Position numbers and translations under genes: made by a program. Shown here in pieces: positions 13,597 to 26,311 of a stretch of DNA of 64,000 nt. The DNA lies in assembly GCA_002633005.1 (NCBI GenBank), contig NMRA01000215.1, positions 258,690-322,689 of the forward strand, given 5' to 3'. The stretch comes from Phoronis australis (Eukaryota > Animalia > Phoronida). Within the stretch, counting starts at the first letter, position 1, and every line of letters starts with the position of its first letter. Under the pieces are notes generated by a model. That model made no database searches, was not told the DNA's origin, and was given only the letters and a program-made list of their open reading frames with translations.

Positions 13597-14150
13597 TAGA
13601 GCATATTTCTATTGGCCAAAATTTGCTTTGATTCAGTAATACCGGGGCCAGAGATTTCAGTATGCGGTATCCCTAAATATCTCGGCATTGTCGTCACAAT
13701 CAGAAATGCCCAGAGCATTTCAGCTCAGAGCATTTCAGATCAGAGCATTTCAGCTTCATTACAAAACACTGAAATCATCTCATTCCCCTTGGTAAGGGTA
13801 GATCATCAGTTTAACAGAGATTTGCATGAATTTAGTCGTGTTATTAACTCCCATGAGGCAGGTTATGATTTTTTTGTATATCTATTTCTTAGTATTTACT
13901 TCATCGGCAATGCTTAAAGCAGTTCCGTTGCACCGCAAATCTCCAAAATTGTCTCCATATCCTGTGGTCAGGGTGGACCAAGAATTTTGAGACATTTGCT
14001 TGAATTCAGCAATTCTAGGAATTGCTATGGGCCAGGGCTACATACTTTGGTATATCCATTTCTTAACATTTCACCAATGCCAAGAGCAGTTTAGCTTCAT
14101 CGCAAACATCGGAAACTGTCACATGTCCCTTAGTCAGGGTGGACCCTGAA
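13597..14150. repeat. Degenerate tandem repeat of about 170-bp period (about 3 units), with an internal 15-bp triplication (13711..13755)
   Basis: AATGC..A.AGCA anchors at about 13705, 13909 and 14076; GT.AGGGT.GA.C at about 13792, 13967 and 14133; (CAGAGCATTTCAGMT)x3. Confidence 0.7.
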
Positions 14151-14789
14151 ACTTGGGCGGGGGAAGAACTTGACTCCCGTTACGTTAGCATCTCGCCCTA
14201 GTTAAAGTCCTTATTTCATGAATGAAAATAATCTGCCAATTCTCATTTCTATAGTTTCTCGCAGACGCTGAAATTCCACTCCGGTGTATTCCATGTTGAA
14301 CAGTAAATATTTATCATTTGGTAGGAGATATTAACGGACCCTTAGGCCTGAGATTAAGTCGATCTTAGTACAGTCGTTTTACACACTGGTTATTAATCAA
14401 CGTTCGCCCTTTATAAACGCAGACCGTTTGATTTGTAATAGTAAACTTTGTAATATTAAATAAATACTTAACGGAGTTAAATGATATAACACCACTCCGA
14501 CTATACCCACACAATTCACAGGCACGGAATTCTCTTTATCAGTTTTTATATTCATGAAAAACTAATTCCGTAAACCTTACATCTATTCGACAGAGTAAAT
14601 ATGATTGACATCGCTGTTTGTTTTCGATTTATCATCAGGTGAATACCACGTTTGACCGAAAGAAGTTGGAATTGACGATGCGCAACAAAATTTGGAAAGA
14701 CCACGAGTGTACAACGATTAATGTTTTATTTGATATCGCTGAATTATGTGATTGAAAATAAAAAATAAAGGTTATTTTTTGTTTTTCAG

Positions 14790-14825
14790 ATACCTCCTAG
14801 GAGAAAATTTTGATGTCCTAGCAAG
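14790..14825 (+). other. Candidate 36-nt micro-exon
   Basis: TTATTTTTTGTTTTTCAG| 36 nt AAG|GTAAGT, with both splice sites consensus; one open phase (YLLGENFDVLA). Confidence 0.45.
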
Positions 14826-16255
14826 GTAAGTCAAATGTTCGAAGTAAAGCCTCGTTTGTCGTTCCATTGGTAATTGCCGTAGGGTTGTGATTTTAATATT
14901 TTGGTGTTTTACCTGTCCGGCGCGACATTCGTTATGTTTTGCCCAAGGGTTAGATTATTGCCATTAGCCTAAGGTGTGTAAATCCACGATTTCGTGGTTG
15001 TCAGTCGACTCGGGTCTCACAACTTCCGTAAACCTACTTGATCAAAGTTTGAGGATTAGTAATACGAGTGAGATCATCAGATCGGGTGTAGCCAAAAATC
15101 GTCCCTTGGGAATGTTTACTCTTTTTTCAAAAAATTCCGCACCTTCAAGGAATACGAGTGACAGGGCAATATTTTAACTTGTAGAACAAAGACCAAAATG
15201 TGAATTGCGAAAATAAGCTGTGTTGAATTACGTTTTCTAAATGACTTATACAGTTGTGTGTAATGAGTTTACGTAACAAAAATATCAATTATCTTCTTTT
15301 TTGAGTGGAATTTGATAAATCAACTGCAAGATGGTAGACATTTATTTGTACTAACAAAACACTAACTATGTTTATAAATAAGTAATGGTGGGTAAAAACA
15401 CATAAAATTCTAAGTATAAGACGTGTACGCATACACAAGGAATGGACGACTTCTTCTATTAATGAGGCTTAGGTGTACGCCCCAATAAGTCAAACACTTG
15501 AGCATTAGTTCGCATGTAGGCCCATGGGCCCAAGGAGGCATGTGTGGGCAGAATAATACTTCCTCCCACAAATCCACAGTGGTGTATTGTGGGAACTGTT
15601 TCTTTTTCATTTGTTTTCCCATTGTGGAACCGATTTGAATCGCATTTTCTTCAAGGGCACAATCATTCGGTTTTACGGCCTAAAACGCATTTTGGTGATT
15701 GTTGTTGGATGGGTGAGACTTCCTTCCAACCATTCGCTGAAATCATGTAAATACGCTTAAAACACTCAACTCTTTAAGGTTATGCAGGATCTTATGGATA
15801 AGTATGTTTACTTATTTTTTATGTCTTCAAAACCATATATTTTAACTCGGTAAAAGCGCTACATTTTCTGAAAGCGGAAAGCCTGTAGAATTTGATTAGT
15901 AGCCTTATAGGATTCTCCCGTTGCTAGGATCACGTGACCATCCATTTTCAATAAAATTTAGCAAACAGAAACGTACATTCATAGCACTGAAAACAACGGT
16001 AACAATAACATGAGCAAATTTCGTTTGATATAAATGTTCAAGATGAAATTGCAAACACGCTCTTATAGTTTCTAAATTATGATTTCGCTTTTTGCAATTT
16101 TTGATTTTTTCAGATTTTAAAAAAGTTGTATTTTGATTACTCCATGTACAAAAGTGCATCATTTTATAAACAATTCCTCACAGCCTAATCTGACAGTTTC
16201 GATCAACCACTTTTGAGATATGATGTTCCGAAGTTAGCCAAATTTGGACATTTTA

Positions 16256-16400
16256 CAGGGGCGGATTTAGAGGGGGCCATGGCCCCCCATAAAACTTCCA
16301 GATTCCATGTGGCAGTTCGGGGGTGCGAATGTCTGACGGGTAAAATCCTGGCTAATACTCTGCCCTGCCCCCCCAAATAAAAATCCTGGATCCGCCCCTG
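16256..16400. mobile_element. GC-rich MITE, copy 2; TIR CAGGGGCGGAT/ATCCGCCCCTG, 5-bp TSD TTTTA
   Basis: 11-bp perfect TIR; TTTTA on both flanks. Confidence 0.85.
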
Positions 16401-16443
16401 TTTTACTTGTGTTCTGCATAAACTTAATGCGTGCTATAGGATT

Positions 16444-16497
16444 TGGCTCAACGACATTGTGTGCGACTGCTACTGGTGACGTAATGGGTTCGATCCC
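16444..16497 (+). mobile_element. Possible tRNA-derived SINE head (Pol III A/B boxes), not a functional tRNA
   Basis: A-box-like TGGCTCAACG (16444) and B-box GGTTCGATCCC (16487..16497) at tRNA-like spacing; no complete cloverleaf. Confidence 0.35.
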
Positions 16498-19400
16498 ACT
16501 TCACTACTAATTTCTATGAAGTTACTTTTCTCGCCAAATCGTGGGTTATCTGTGCAAGTCTTTCTTTCCCTAAGACTAATAATTGGTAATTTTCCCTCTT
16601 TTACACAGTGTTGAATAGTCCAGCGCCTTGCTACAGAAAAGCGACTGCTGGGGTAACGGGTTTTTGTTCACGGAGCACACGCGCGCGTGATGATCGGTCG
16701 GGTTGAAATTTCAGAACATGTTTCTGTCAGGTTTATGCACACTCGGGATTGTTTGTTCTGCGACAAGTGAATGTCAACAACGTATTTACTTTGGCTGCGA
16801 TGGAATTTTAAGAAGCTGCTGTGAAAGTGAACGAGTCAAAAAATTATGAAACAGTCTATGTTTATACTCACTTAGGAGTGCTTAACTCTAATTCTGTTAT
16901 TCTATAAAACAAGGTACTCGTGTTGATCGGTAAACGCGAGCTGTTTAACCGTTCTTCGCGGCGTTTTAATGCTCCATTCATCGATGACGTACGTGCGGAC
17001 AATAAATTTCAAACACCATACCAACCTAATTCAATTTGTATTATTGAAATAAAAACACGCGCGATCGCCTTAATGCGTTTGGCTGGTGTGTCAACTTTCG
17101 TTGTATTACACTCTCGCCCCAGAGCGATACCTGTGTATTGACAGAGCCGAGGTATTCATTGACAATCTTTGACTGACAGTTACTAAAATTAGACTTAAAT
17201 ACTTTGTGTGCTCATCTGGATGGCTTAGTTGTGAAAATATCTTTCCTTTTTTAAAGCATTACCTAAAAGTAGCAAAATAAAGTAATATGCGGACAGGCAA
17301 ATGTCAACCTTTCTAATGGATCATGAGGTGCAGCGCAATTGACACGAACTAAAGTGAGGTTTGAATTTCGTAATCCCTCCTGGGCATTTTCAGTTGCAGG
17401 AAATTGAACTCTATATTTACATCTACAAATATTTTAAGCCACAAAATACAAAATATCTCACAGTGATTTATTCGAACCTTGACCGAGATTTTTTAAAACA
17501 ATACTTTCTACACGTATGAAAAAGACAATGCCTGCCATTGAATGGTTCATTACCGTGTATTTGCCTCCAGTAAAAAGGCTTACATCGCTAATTTGCTATT
17601 TGTGTAATAAACAGTTAAAGGAAAGCCAGCTCAGCTGAGAGGAGGAAGGCTTGAGTTTTATCATTTTTGTGCTCCAAGATCGTATAGCTTAAATACATCA
17701 GAGAGCCTTCGACCCTATTTCGAAATGAGAAAAAAAACAAGAACTAACGCAATGAGTTTCATAACTGCAAACGCGTAACATTACGCCACACGAGACATCA
17801 TCAAGGAACGGAAATGGGACTGAATGGTCTCTGTTAGTATCCAATTTTGGGTTCCACAGTGAAATAACTGAGAAGTTCAGTTACGTTTGAGAGGGTGAAA
17901 GCTCCCCGAATCTCCACCCGTTGAGAACGGTAACAACTGCCGTGACGTTTAAATCGTCTTGTTAATCCTACGTGCGCAGTTGACACCTGTTGTCGCCTCT
18001 CGTAAGTGTAAGCATTAAAAATTGTTCACGGTTTGTCAGAAATTCACCCTGCCTTTACAAACCTATTCAAAGCTCATCACGCACTCGCAGCGATGTCAGA
18101 CGCCGCCTAGAGTCATTCATCACTCCATTCAAGCTTGGCACAATACATCTGGCTACGACAAAGTTCACGGTTGTCTCAACAGATTTACTCTGTCACCCGG
18201 GGGAGAGTCTTTGCTTTAGAGCTCGATTTCAGCATAAACCTTATCTTCCCGGCCAGGTACTTCGTTCTACCCGCAAGTCGCGGTAGATTTAGTTGCCTGA
18301 TGGACTGCAGCCTATTAATATTTCGAACAATAAAAAGTGCCCTGTGGAAATCGTCCCACTCTCTCTGTGTTATGGAAAGTTGCAACACATGCACAGATGT
18401 TGCTGTACCGTCACGGCCACGTTTCGCCTTCAAAAAAGTTTTTCGTGCAAGAAATAAGTACTAAGCTCATGAGAGACATGTAGGCGCATACTATGCAAAA
18501 CAGTGTCATTCACCAACTAGAGTTACTCATTTATATAGCATTGCGACTCGGTCTGAGACACTTTTTCAAAATTCCCTATCCATGTAAGCTGATACAAACC
18601 CTATCCTCATGTCGTTAATCAAACTATTAAGTTCGCTACATCGTACAATACGAAGCGAATCACTTACTGCTTTGATTTTCCAAGTATGTCATTGCCGTTT
18701 CCTCTTTACGGCTGTGGCCATGATGTGCCAACAATGGTTGGGTGGCCATAATTGGTACGATGGCGCTTCCCAGATAGCTCTTTTATCATTGGCCACCAAG
18801 TTAATAAAATTGTATAGAGTTTTGTTTGTGTGAGTGACCTTTAAAAACAGATGCTTTCAAGACTACGTGAAAATTGTCACGTCGAGTAACCTTACGCTTC
18901 AACAGGATACAGGTAGGAGCCAAAATTGAATAGGCACAGATATACCGTAGAAGCATTTATTGCCTTTCAGGATTCTGGCTGCAGCTAACATTACACAGCA
19001 ATTAGGTGTTCAGAATTTCATCATTTTTAAAGGCATCATCTGCTGCGGTGGGAAAATCTGATTTTTTTCTAAACTGACCGAACGTAATACGGGTTGACAA
19101 AATTCTCGGTATGCGTTTCTGTTTGTGTTTTGTTTTGGTGGTCAGAGCTTCTGATTTGTTCGCAGTCGGTCACATGATACTGCACACTGCGGGACATCGT
19201 CTGCTGTTGCAGCACTAGTCTTCCAAGGTTCCAGAACACCGCACGTTACAGCCAGCAGTATTCTGCAATCGCTTGCGTGGATCATGGAGTTAGTTTGTAG
19301 GTCTGGTTCATATACCGTGCTCTTCTTTGGTTTAGGCACACTGTACGGATTGCAGTAAAACAAATGAATTCCTCTCGGGTACATATTGTTCTGTAGACTT

Positions 19401-21630
19401 GGTTACAGACATTCCACAACTGTTGTCTCGTGGCACCTGAGTAAGCTGTGTTTCACGGTAGAGTGCGCTGGTGTCGTTTCACGGTGGAGTGCACTCGACT
19501 AGTTGCATGGTAGAGTGCACTGCGCAAGGCGCATTTCCAATACCGCAGAAGCCAATCAAAAGTTGTTTCAACAAACCAAGAGACACGAGACTGAAGGCAT
19601 TTATTTGCTGTGAGAATATATTTAGTTACTGTTACCACACCACGGCTGAGTTCCGTCGACTGCCCACCATGGATGAGCACATTAGCCCGGAGGGTTACTC
19701 TTGTACTATCAGTTTGTGTATTTGTTGTTTCTTTTGCTATTTGTGCGCAGAGACCGAATCAATACAGTCATAGACACTTACTATTTGGCTAAGACCAGCC
19801 TACACGACTAATTCGATAGAAATGGTCTGAGTTTTTACACGAGGAGTCTTTATGACCAGAAGAGTTTTTTAATTGAATTTTTGCGACCACGCCGACCTAT
19901 TGTCTGTACTGCAGATGAGCGCCTTGGCAGGTGACTGTCAGTAAATAAATCGAAAACAACCCAAAATGTGAATGCATTTTGTAAACTTCAGTATTTAGAT
20001 AGTTTCATTTTTGCTACACATTTTGTGTTCCACAGCCCTTCATGGTTCATAATCTGTGTTATATTAGTAGATTTAGAACAACTTGAAACTGAATTTTAAC
20101 TTAAGTTTCATCTTCCATAGATGTTAAAAGCAAAACTGTCTGGACATTCTACTGGACTTTGCAAATTTTGAAACAAAAATTTGACCGGGAAACATTCTTC
20201 ACACGTCAATTTTTTCTGTCCCCGAATATTTGAGCTCAAGTGTGTGATGTTGGAGCTTTGGACTCGGGTATTGTGTTTCAATAAAAGTAAACAGACGGTA
20301 AAGGGCCGAGTTATCCCAACCTTGAAAAGGCTCACAGGTTTGAAGTAATTAAATTTAAATCTGCAGCCCAGAAGATAGCGTGTTGTTAACAGCGAAGAAA
20401 CCATCTAAGCCCAATCTATAAATTGAGATGAAAAGTTAAACGTTTGCGTCAACACGCTAGCGTCATTCATCGCCAGAGAAAAGGAGATAGCCGTTATTTA
20501 AGAAAGTGTTATAACAAACGAGATTCTTAACATGTGAACAATGGCCGGTACAATAGCTGCGTTAAATCGAACAATACAGGGACTGGTCACCGGATATCAA
20601 CGTGGTCTTTGGCTATATACATGTGCCATCCTGCTGATTGAGTAGTGTTTATTCAACGGGGGATTGGATTCGTCGTGAAGTGCACACACACACATTACGC
20701 GGATTTTACGCCTGTCTTAATCTTCACACTTCGTTGTCCGTTTCAAGCTCCTCGGGAGCAAATTGAGTTCACAAGCAGTTGAGAGCGAGTGAGAGTGTGA
20801 GACCTGACACCCCATTGATTGAAGAATCAAGAAGCCAGTGGTTTTTGTGTATATTCAAGCCGATGTGGCAAACCAGCGGCTATCGGGAGACTGAGTGTTA
20901 GAGCACAGAACGTTTACATTTGGTCCGGTAAAATATTGATATTAAACCAACGAATAACAAATGCGACATTTCTATAATAGATGTACAGACAGTATACCAG
21001 CTCGAAGCACTGTGGTAAGGAGACAGTGTGTCGTCGTGTTTGTAGTTTGTACCTCGAACAGCCACACAAGACTATTGTACCTCATCTTGGCTTCCGCTTA
21101 TTCAATGCGCGCAACAGCGGACGGCGATCGATCCGGCTGGTTGGAATAAAAGGGATACAAGTGTGAAGATTTCCCACAGAAGAACATTGGGAGACTTCCT
21201 GAATGGGCCAAGTGTCTTGGACAATAGGCGCTGGAAAATCTTCGTAATTAATTCAACCTGCGTGTGGTCGCTCCGGTTTTCAGCCACTTTGGATAACAAT
21301 CACCCGACTGTGAGCGTGTGTGTATGTTTGCCGGACCCTCGAATGGAATATATGTTGCTGCGATATTTTCTCACGCCGACTGGACCGTCTTTTCTTCAAA
21401 CTGGCTACTCCCGTACTTAACGATGTTATTGGAGATAATTACTCCGTGTGCAATTTAGGGGTCAAGCGATCATAGCAACTGTAAAAGGTTTAAAAGTGAG
21501 TGTTTTTGTTTGTGTTTAATTCTTTCGGTCATGAATTTCTTCCATTTTGCCGTACTCTTATTTAGAATATTCCATGAAATGCTTCAATGTTACAGTGACC
21601 ATGGGATTCAAAATTTATATTCGATACCAC

Positions 21631-21708
21631 CTTGGGCGGCGCAGCATAGGGACTGGGGGGGGGGAGGGGTGCTATAGCCCCCACTTTTTCAGTGCTGCGC
21701 CGCTCATG
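21631..21708. mobile_element. Short GC-rich MITE related to 1705..1826
   Basis: GGGCGGCGCAGCA / TGCTGCGCCGCTC TIR; shares TAGCCCCCACTTTTTC.GTGCTGCGCCGC. Confidence 0.7.
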
Positions 21709-22675
21709 GTAACCTGATCGCCCAAACTCATTCGATCAGGTATAGTCACTCACTAGATTCACTGTCACTGCCATAGACACCTAATTGCTTATGCATCCAA
21801 ACTGAGATGAAATCCTTAAAGTAATGAACTGTTAGTATTTACTTTTTGTGGCTGATAGCAACCAACAGAGTTCTGGTGGCGTGGCACTGCGTTGGGACAC
21901 GTAACATATACTTGCCCCGTGTGTTTACTGCGGTTTTCTCAGGTGACGTAAATCTATAAAACCATTGAATGACTGCAGCATCACGAGGTGAAAATGCGTA
22001 CTGAGAACACTCATTTGCTAACACTGTCGGGTAGTGCTTCTTCATAGCCGTTGGATAGACTTCATAGGCATTGTGACAGGCTTGTTTTCAGTCACAGAGG
22101 CAACAATGGCGTTGGGGTAAACGTTTAGCCACTTACTTTATAATTGCCCAATAAGGGCTATTAAATGCAACCGCAATTTACTCACAGCTGAATGAAACAT
22201 TTCAATTACGGTGTCCGCGACAGCTTCACCCTTTTCTGTAATTTTCACACACATTTCAGTGCTGTGTTACCCATAGAATTCATAACTCAACCAAACTGTT
22301 AAGTGTCAAATTCCATGGCCATAAAACATTCTCAGGAGAAAAAGCATAGATTGGCATTAATTGTAGCGCAGATCATAGTTAACGACCCCAAGATGAGCGT
22401 CTAAGTAGATTTATGAATGGACCGTTCGCCCCTACTGCCAGCTGTAAAAGATACGGCGTATTTTCCTCACATTCCGTGTCTATGTTAATCCTTCCCTGAT
22501 TGTTACGGCGTGGCGCCGCCGTTGTTCCGTGTAATATTGAAAAAATACCGTCTTCATTTCAAAACATTCTCATGTGACACGTTTAATGCCTAGATGGCAA
22601 TTCGAGCAGTGCTCGTCGCGTCCTATTGTGCGTGCGAATGTGTATATTAGCTGTACGCGTCGCCGCTGGCCGTTC

Positions 22676-22929
22676 AGTGTACAATCGCGCGCTTACCCGA
22701 TAGGGCACTGCTTCCAGCGGACGGAACAGGACGACGACTCTTCGAGTTCGGACTTGGTCATCAGAATTCTTGAATGTGAAAGTTATAGATTCTTTCAACG
22801 CCAGTGACTATTCACTGAAAGTATACTATAGACGAGAACTAGTCTAAGCGTGTTAAAATCGCTGATTTAATCGAATGTCTTTGCTTTGCGAACAGCGCAA
22901 AAATAACCGATACCCACCTCAAATTCAAG
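22676..22929 (+). promoter_or_regulatory. Candidate non-coding first exon (Inr TCAGT at 22674, donor AAG|GTAAGA at 22930)
   Basis: TATA-like TATATT about 33 bp upstream, Inr, CpG-rich body, strong donor. Confidence 0.35.
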
Positions 22930-24995
22930 GTAAGACCTGCTTTGAGATTTAGCTCTTCCGCTTTCGGTGGATTCTTTGTTCACCTCTGCCGCACACATTG
23001 AGTAGTTATAATTAGGCAGACGAATGCTGTTGCAACCTCGAATTTTGAATTTCCCTTTTCTGTTATATTGACAAAAGGCACATTTGGCATTTTTTTTAAT
23101 CCTCCATTCTAGTGACTAGTTCCATTGGGAATTAGCGCAAAAATCATCTGTTGTGTTATTTATGTTTTCGTCCGGAATTTTGATTATTTTTTGTTGTTTA
23201 GAATATTGATATCAAAGCATTTTACAGGTACACAGAAATTGGCGATTTGCATCAATTAAACGTAGCCTACTTTCTATCTCTCTCAGAAACGTGTCGCGAA
23301 AACATAATCGATTTTTTGATTCGGTTGGATCATATTTCAGCATTTTTGCGGTATTAGTCTGTTTAGGTAGGAAAGCTTCTTATGTCAAATAAACGCGTCA
23401 GTTAGTTGACGAAAGTAAACACGGCCTTGGGTCATTTTCTGCTTGTTATCCCCTATAGTTACAAATTATTAGGGTTTCCTTCTCCTGTAGCAGCTAAGAT
23501 TGATGCAAGTAAACAATTCTGTATAAAATCTCAAGAAGTTAAAAATGTTTACACATTTTGAAAATGAAAACTAAATAGTATTTTTATTTCTAGTGATTTT
23601 AACGTAGTAGTACGATAAACATCTGTGGACTAAAATAAAATTTCTCCACCTGAACAAAAAATCTGTTGCAGTTTCTTATACGTTTTACGGTGCGACCAAA
23701 AGTACTAATTAATTAATTAAATACCGTGAAGGGTTCATCAAGTAAACATGTAGTCTAACCTGAATCCATAAACACTGTATCCGTTTTTATAACCAGGTTA
23801 ATTTCTAAAAGCGCTCACATTACACCTTTTTTCGTCACCACTGCTGTAATCACATAGTCCGTGATCACCAAATGATACATCTTCTGAGAAACGCGATTTT
23901 ATCCTGCCCTAAGATTTTTTCGAGTGATTGCAAGTCAATGCCGCATTAGACATGAGGACTACGACAAACCCTTGAGCTGACCACAAATTCAAAAACATAC
24001 TTTTCGATAGCTCCCGGGGAGGATCTTTACTGAAGAGACGGATTATCGAATTTTATTAATGTGAATGTTTACTGCGCTTTCTGGGATGTTTCTATCAAGT
24101 CCCAAGAACCAGTTGCTATGAAACTGCGCATAAATCCGGAATTATGCGTATATGCCTTTGTGTAAAGTCGAGAAGAACATTTCTAAAATATATAAGTTAA
24201 ATTTGACTTATCGTTACAAATGGTACACTTTGACGAGAATTCAGTTTAATTTTGTTATGAGAAGTGCTAACAATGGACGAAAACAAATGTATAACACACA
24301 GCTTAGACATGCAAAGGATAGTTGTTCGCGCGTGTAATTGGAGCTTAGGCGCATGCGCTTATCTGCCAAACACTTGAGTGACATTGAAATATTTTTGGAA
24401 AAATGCAATATTTCCGAGATAGGTGCACGGTATTGAACACGCGCAAATACAGTTGAGTGGTTAATTCTTTACTCTCAGCACTGTCACGGAAACTTGTATG
24501 TTACACAGTTTAATTAATGTTTTCCCAACTTGCGTAAAGTATGGGCCTAAAGCAAAACAGATTTCGTTGTTAATCCAGCCAGATGTACAAAGTAGAAGAC
24601 GGATAATTAAACGGCCTTATCATTAGCCCCGTGCCTCCACCCAGAGACAGACGGCGATATGTCTCATTGCTAGTTCATTGATATTACCAGCAACCGGACA
24701 ACTCCTTCAGGTAAACCTTCAGCAAGCCCGGGTAGCACAGAAATTTATCCCATGATTCGCTGGTCTCGTGTGCAAATAAATTTACATTGAGAAAAATAGG
24801 CTGTCACACCGAAATAGAACCTGGGTGGAATTTAGACCGAGACTCTGGTTTTATGGTCAAGTTCGGTGATTCACTGACCAGCCATTTAGTCATTTAAATT
24901 GAAATTTCCCATTAGCTTTACGTAACACTTCGGTTTCCACTTGCTTCTAAATGCATTTTCCTCGTAACAGTAGTCGCAGTCAATTTCGCACCCTC

Positions 24996-26117
24996 TATCG
25001 TGGGCCGTTCGGGTGAAAGTGTCGCTCGTAATTACGACCGAGACTTTGCTCGTATGTTACGACCAAAATCGTTGTATTATCCAATGAGAAATTGGGTTGT
25101 TGGTCACGTGAGCTCTGAAGCAGTCGTACGTTCGTAATTTTGCGCTCATACTTTTCGCTCGTAGTTTTACGTCCGTAAATTTACGCTCGTAGTTTTCACA
25201 TGTTAGGAACTATTCAGGAGGTAAAATCTCAGGTACAAAGTATATAAGTGCAAAAGGTTGGAAATATCAAAGACTGACTAAAATGTTTTTACTTGCTGCC
25301 CTAACCATCCCAAGCATTTGAAAGTGGTCCGTTTTAGTACATATTGATGTGCCAAAATGTATATCTAGAAGGTTGTCTGACAATGATTTTATTTTACTTG
25401 TTAAAATTACCATGCTTTTTCAAACTATTTAGGAGAAGTTTAATTTTCTTGCTCTTAAGAATGCGTGCAGATGACACATGACATTGCATAAAACATTGGT
25501 TCAAAACGGTTTTCGGGGATTATGTAGTATAACTTCTAAATGTTGGCGGTAAATCACTCACTCTTTATTTAAGAAATTTGAATAACAAACAATTTGCACC
25601 ACAAAACAATATCATCTGCGTATTAATTTAAGGGTTGGTGGTCTCGTAGACTGGTACTTAAATATAATGACTACCTGCTAAAATTGCGAGCTTAAAACTT
25701 CTTCAGAGCTCACTTGACCTACAAACCAATTTCTTATTGGATAGAGCGATTTCGGTCGTTAAACACGAGCGAAGCCTCGGTCGTAATTACGCTCGTAATT
25801 ACGGGCGTACGATTTCGGTCCTAAAACACGAGCGAAGTCACGGTCGTAATCACGACCATAATTTATGGGCAAACGATTTCGGTCGTAAAACATGAGCGAC
25901 GTCTCAGTCGTAATCAAAAACACGAGCGACGTCTCAGTCGTAATCACGAGCTTAATTATGGGTGAACCACTACGGTCGTAAATCACGAGCGAAGTCTCGG
26001 TTGTAATCACGAACGTAATTATGGGCGAAAATTTTCGGTCGTAAAACACGAGCGAAATCTTGGTCGTGATTACGAGCGTAATTACGCGCGACCCTTTCAT
26101 CCGAACGCCCCACGATA
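24996..26117. mobile_element. Non-autonomous TIR DNA transposon with TAT...ATA termini and 6-bp TSD ACCCTC (IS3EU-like signature)
   Basis: Left end TATCGTGGGCCGTTCGGGTGAAAGTGTCGC vs reverse complement of right end TATCGTGGGGCGTTCGGATGAAAGGGTCGC; inverted homology continues to about 25150/25680; ACCCTC at 24990..24995 and 26118..26123. Confidence 0.85.
25745..26090. repeat. Subterminal tandem array of about 60-bp units inside the right arm of the 24996..26117 element
   Basis: Repeated ATTTCGGTCGTAAAACACGAGCGAAGTCTCGGTCGTAATCACG; it generates the repetitive 25759..26100 ORF. Confidence 0.85.
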
Positions 26118-26311
26118 ACCCTCAACCTCTATTCACGTGTGCGTTCGATTCACCCTGAATTCTGACTAGCTTTCGAGCAAAATAGTTTTCTAAGAGGATG
26201 GTGTGCGCGTACCATGTCTAAGTATTTGCAGTCACGGGGCAACAGATAAAATCATCTTGGAACATAATTTGACCTAAATTGTGCAAATCTAAAGACAAAA
26301 CGTTGCCTTCG

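Noticed and set aside
16444-16510. Functional tRNA gene
   Set aside because: No acceptor stem or proper anticodon arm; kept only as a possible SINE head.
17990-18464. Cluster of overlapping ORFs on both strands
   Set aside because: No motif or exon structure recognised; compatible with chance in locally GC-richer DNA.
22019-22040. miR-200/141-like TAACACTGTC
   Set aside because: Only 10 nt match, and there is no complementary 5' arm.
25759-26100. 113-aa repetitive ORF and spaced repeats resembling a CRISPR array
   Set aside because: It is the tandem subterminal array of the TIR element; there are no unique spacers or cas genes, and the context is eukaryotic.
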